Origin: Fonticula alba ATCC 38817
Taxonomy: Eukaryota; Protista; Nucleariida
Assembly: GCA_000388065.2 (NCBI GenBank)
Contig: KB932207.1
Length of the DNA: 19,706 nt
Reading direction: 5' to 3' (one strand)
The notes beneath the pieces were generated by a model that did not search any database, was not told the DNA's origin, and was given only the letters and a program-made list of their open reading frames with translations. Positions 19,498 through 19,706 of the stretch are shown one piece after another. A program made the position numbers and the translations under genes. The first letter of the stretch is position 1. Every line of letters starts with the position of its first letter.

Positions 19498-19687
19498 CAC
19501 GTACACATTGGGAGGAGGACAGCAAGGCGAGGGACAGGCGTTAGGCTTGATCACGGGCGGATGTGTAGACACAAGGGAAGGCAGCGTGTGCGTACATTTG
19601 CCGGTGCCCATGCATGACCGCATGGTGAAGGGGCGTTTGGCCGAGAGCATCCAAGGAGCCCACATCGGCGCCGAACTCGATCAGCGA
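18613..19687 (-). CDS. 3' part of an ankyrin-repeat protein with a basic helical segment and Ser/Gly-rich tail; exons ~19687-19596 and 19423-18613 (gene continues beyond the window)
   Basis: SLIEFGADVGSLDALGQTPLHHAVMHGHRQI|GELLLQKRADPTARDIFTHNAAD is a canonical ankyrin consensus, visible only after removing the phase-2 intron 19595-19424 (GTACGC..AATAG). Confidence 0.88.
19450..19508 (+). repeat. Compound (GC)7(GT)15 alternating purine-pyrimidine tract in the ankyrin gene intron
   Basis: Read directly; alternation is unbroken from 19450 to 19508. Confidence 0.95.
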
Positions 19688-19706
19688 CTGATCCGTAGGG
19701 GGCGGG

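Overview
GC-rich, intron-containing eukaryotic DNA with three N gaps (2017-2351, 9332-9881, 15670-15990). The style (short pyrimidine/poly-C introns, GT(A/G)(C/T)G donors, long low-complexity protein insertions) suggests a unicellular opisthokont such as Fonticula alba; this is inference only. I hand-spliced seven genes with frame-preserving GT-AG junctions: an RSL1D1/Utp30-like ribosomal L1-domain protein (+), a TBC1D20/Gyp8-like Rab GAP (-), STI1/HOP (-, interrupted by a gap), an unrecognised single-pass membrane protein (-), PWP1 (+), a candidate CNEP1R1/Spo7-like protein (-), and the 3' end of an ankyrin-repeat gene (-). I found no mobile element, CRISPR array, rRNA or tRNA, and no clear new multi-gene system. 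The best leads are a recursive-splice-type junction (CAG|GTAAGA) before the start-codon exon of the unknown gene, a ~550-aa spacer between the two catalytic fingers of the TBC domain, a perfect heat-shock element upstream of STI1, the Spo7-like candidate, a coding (GGGGCC)9 repeat, and long Z-DNA-type tracts.
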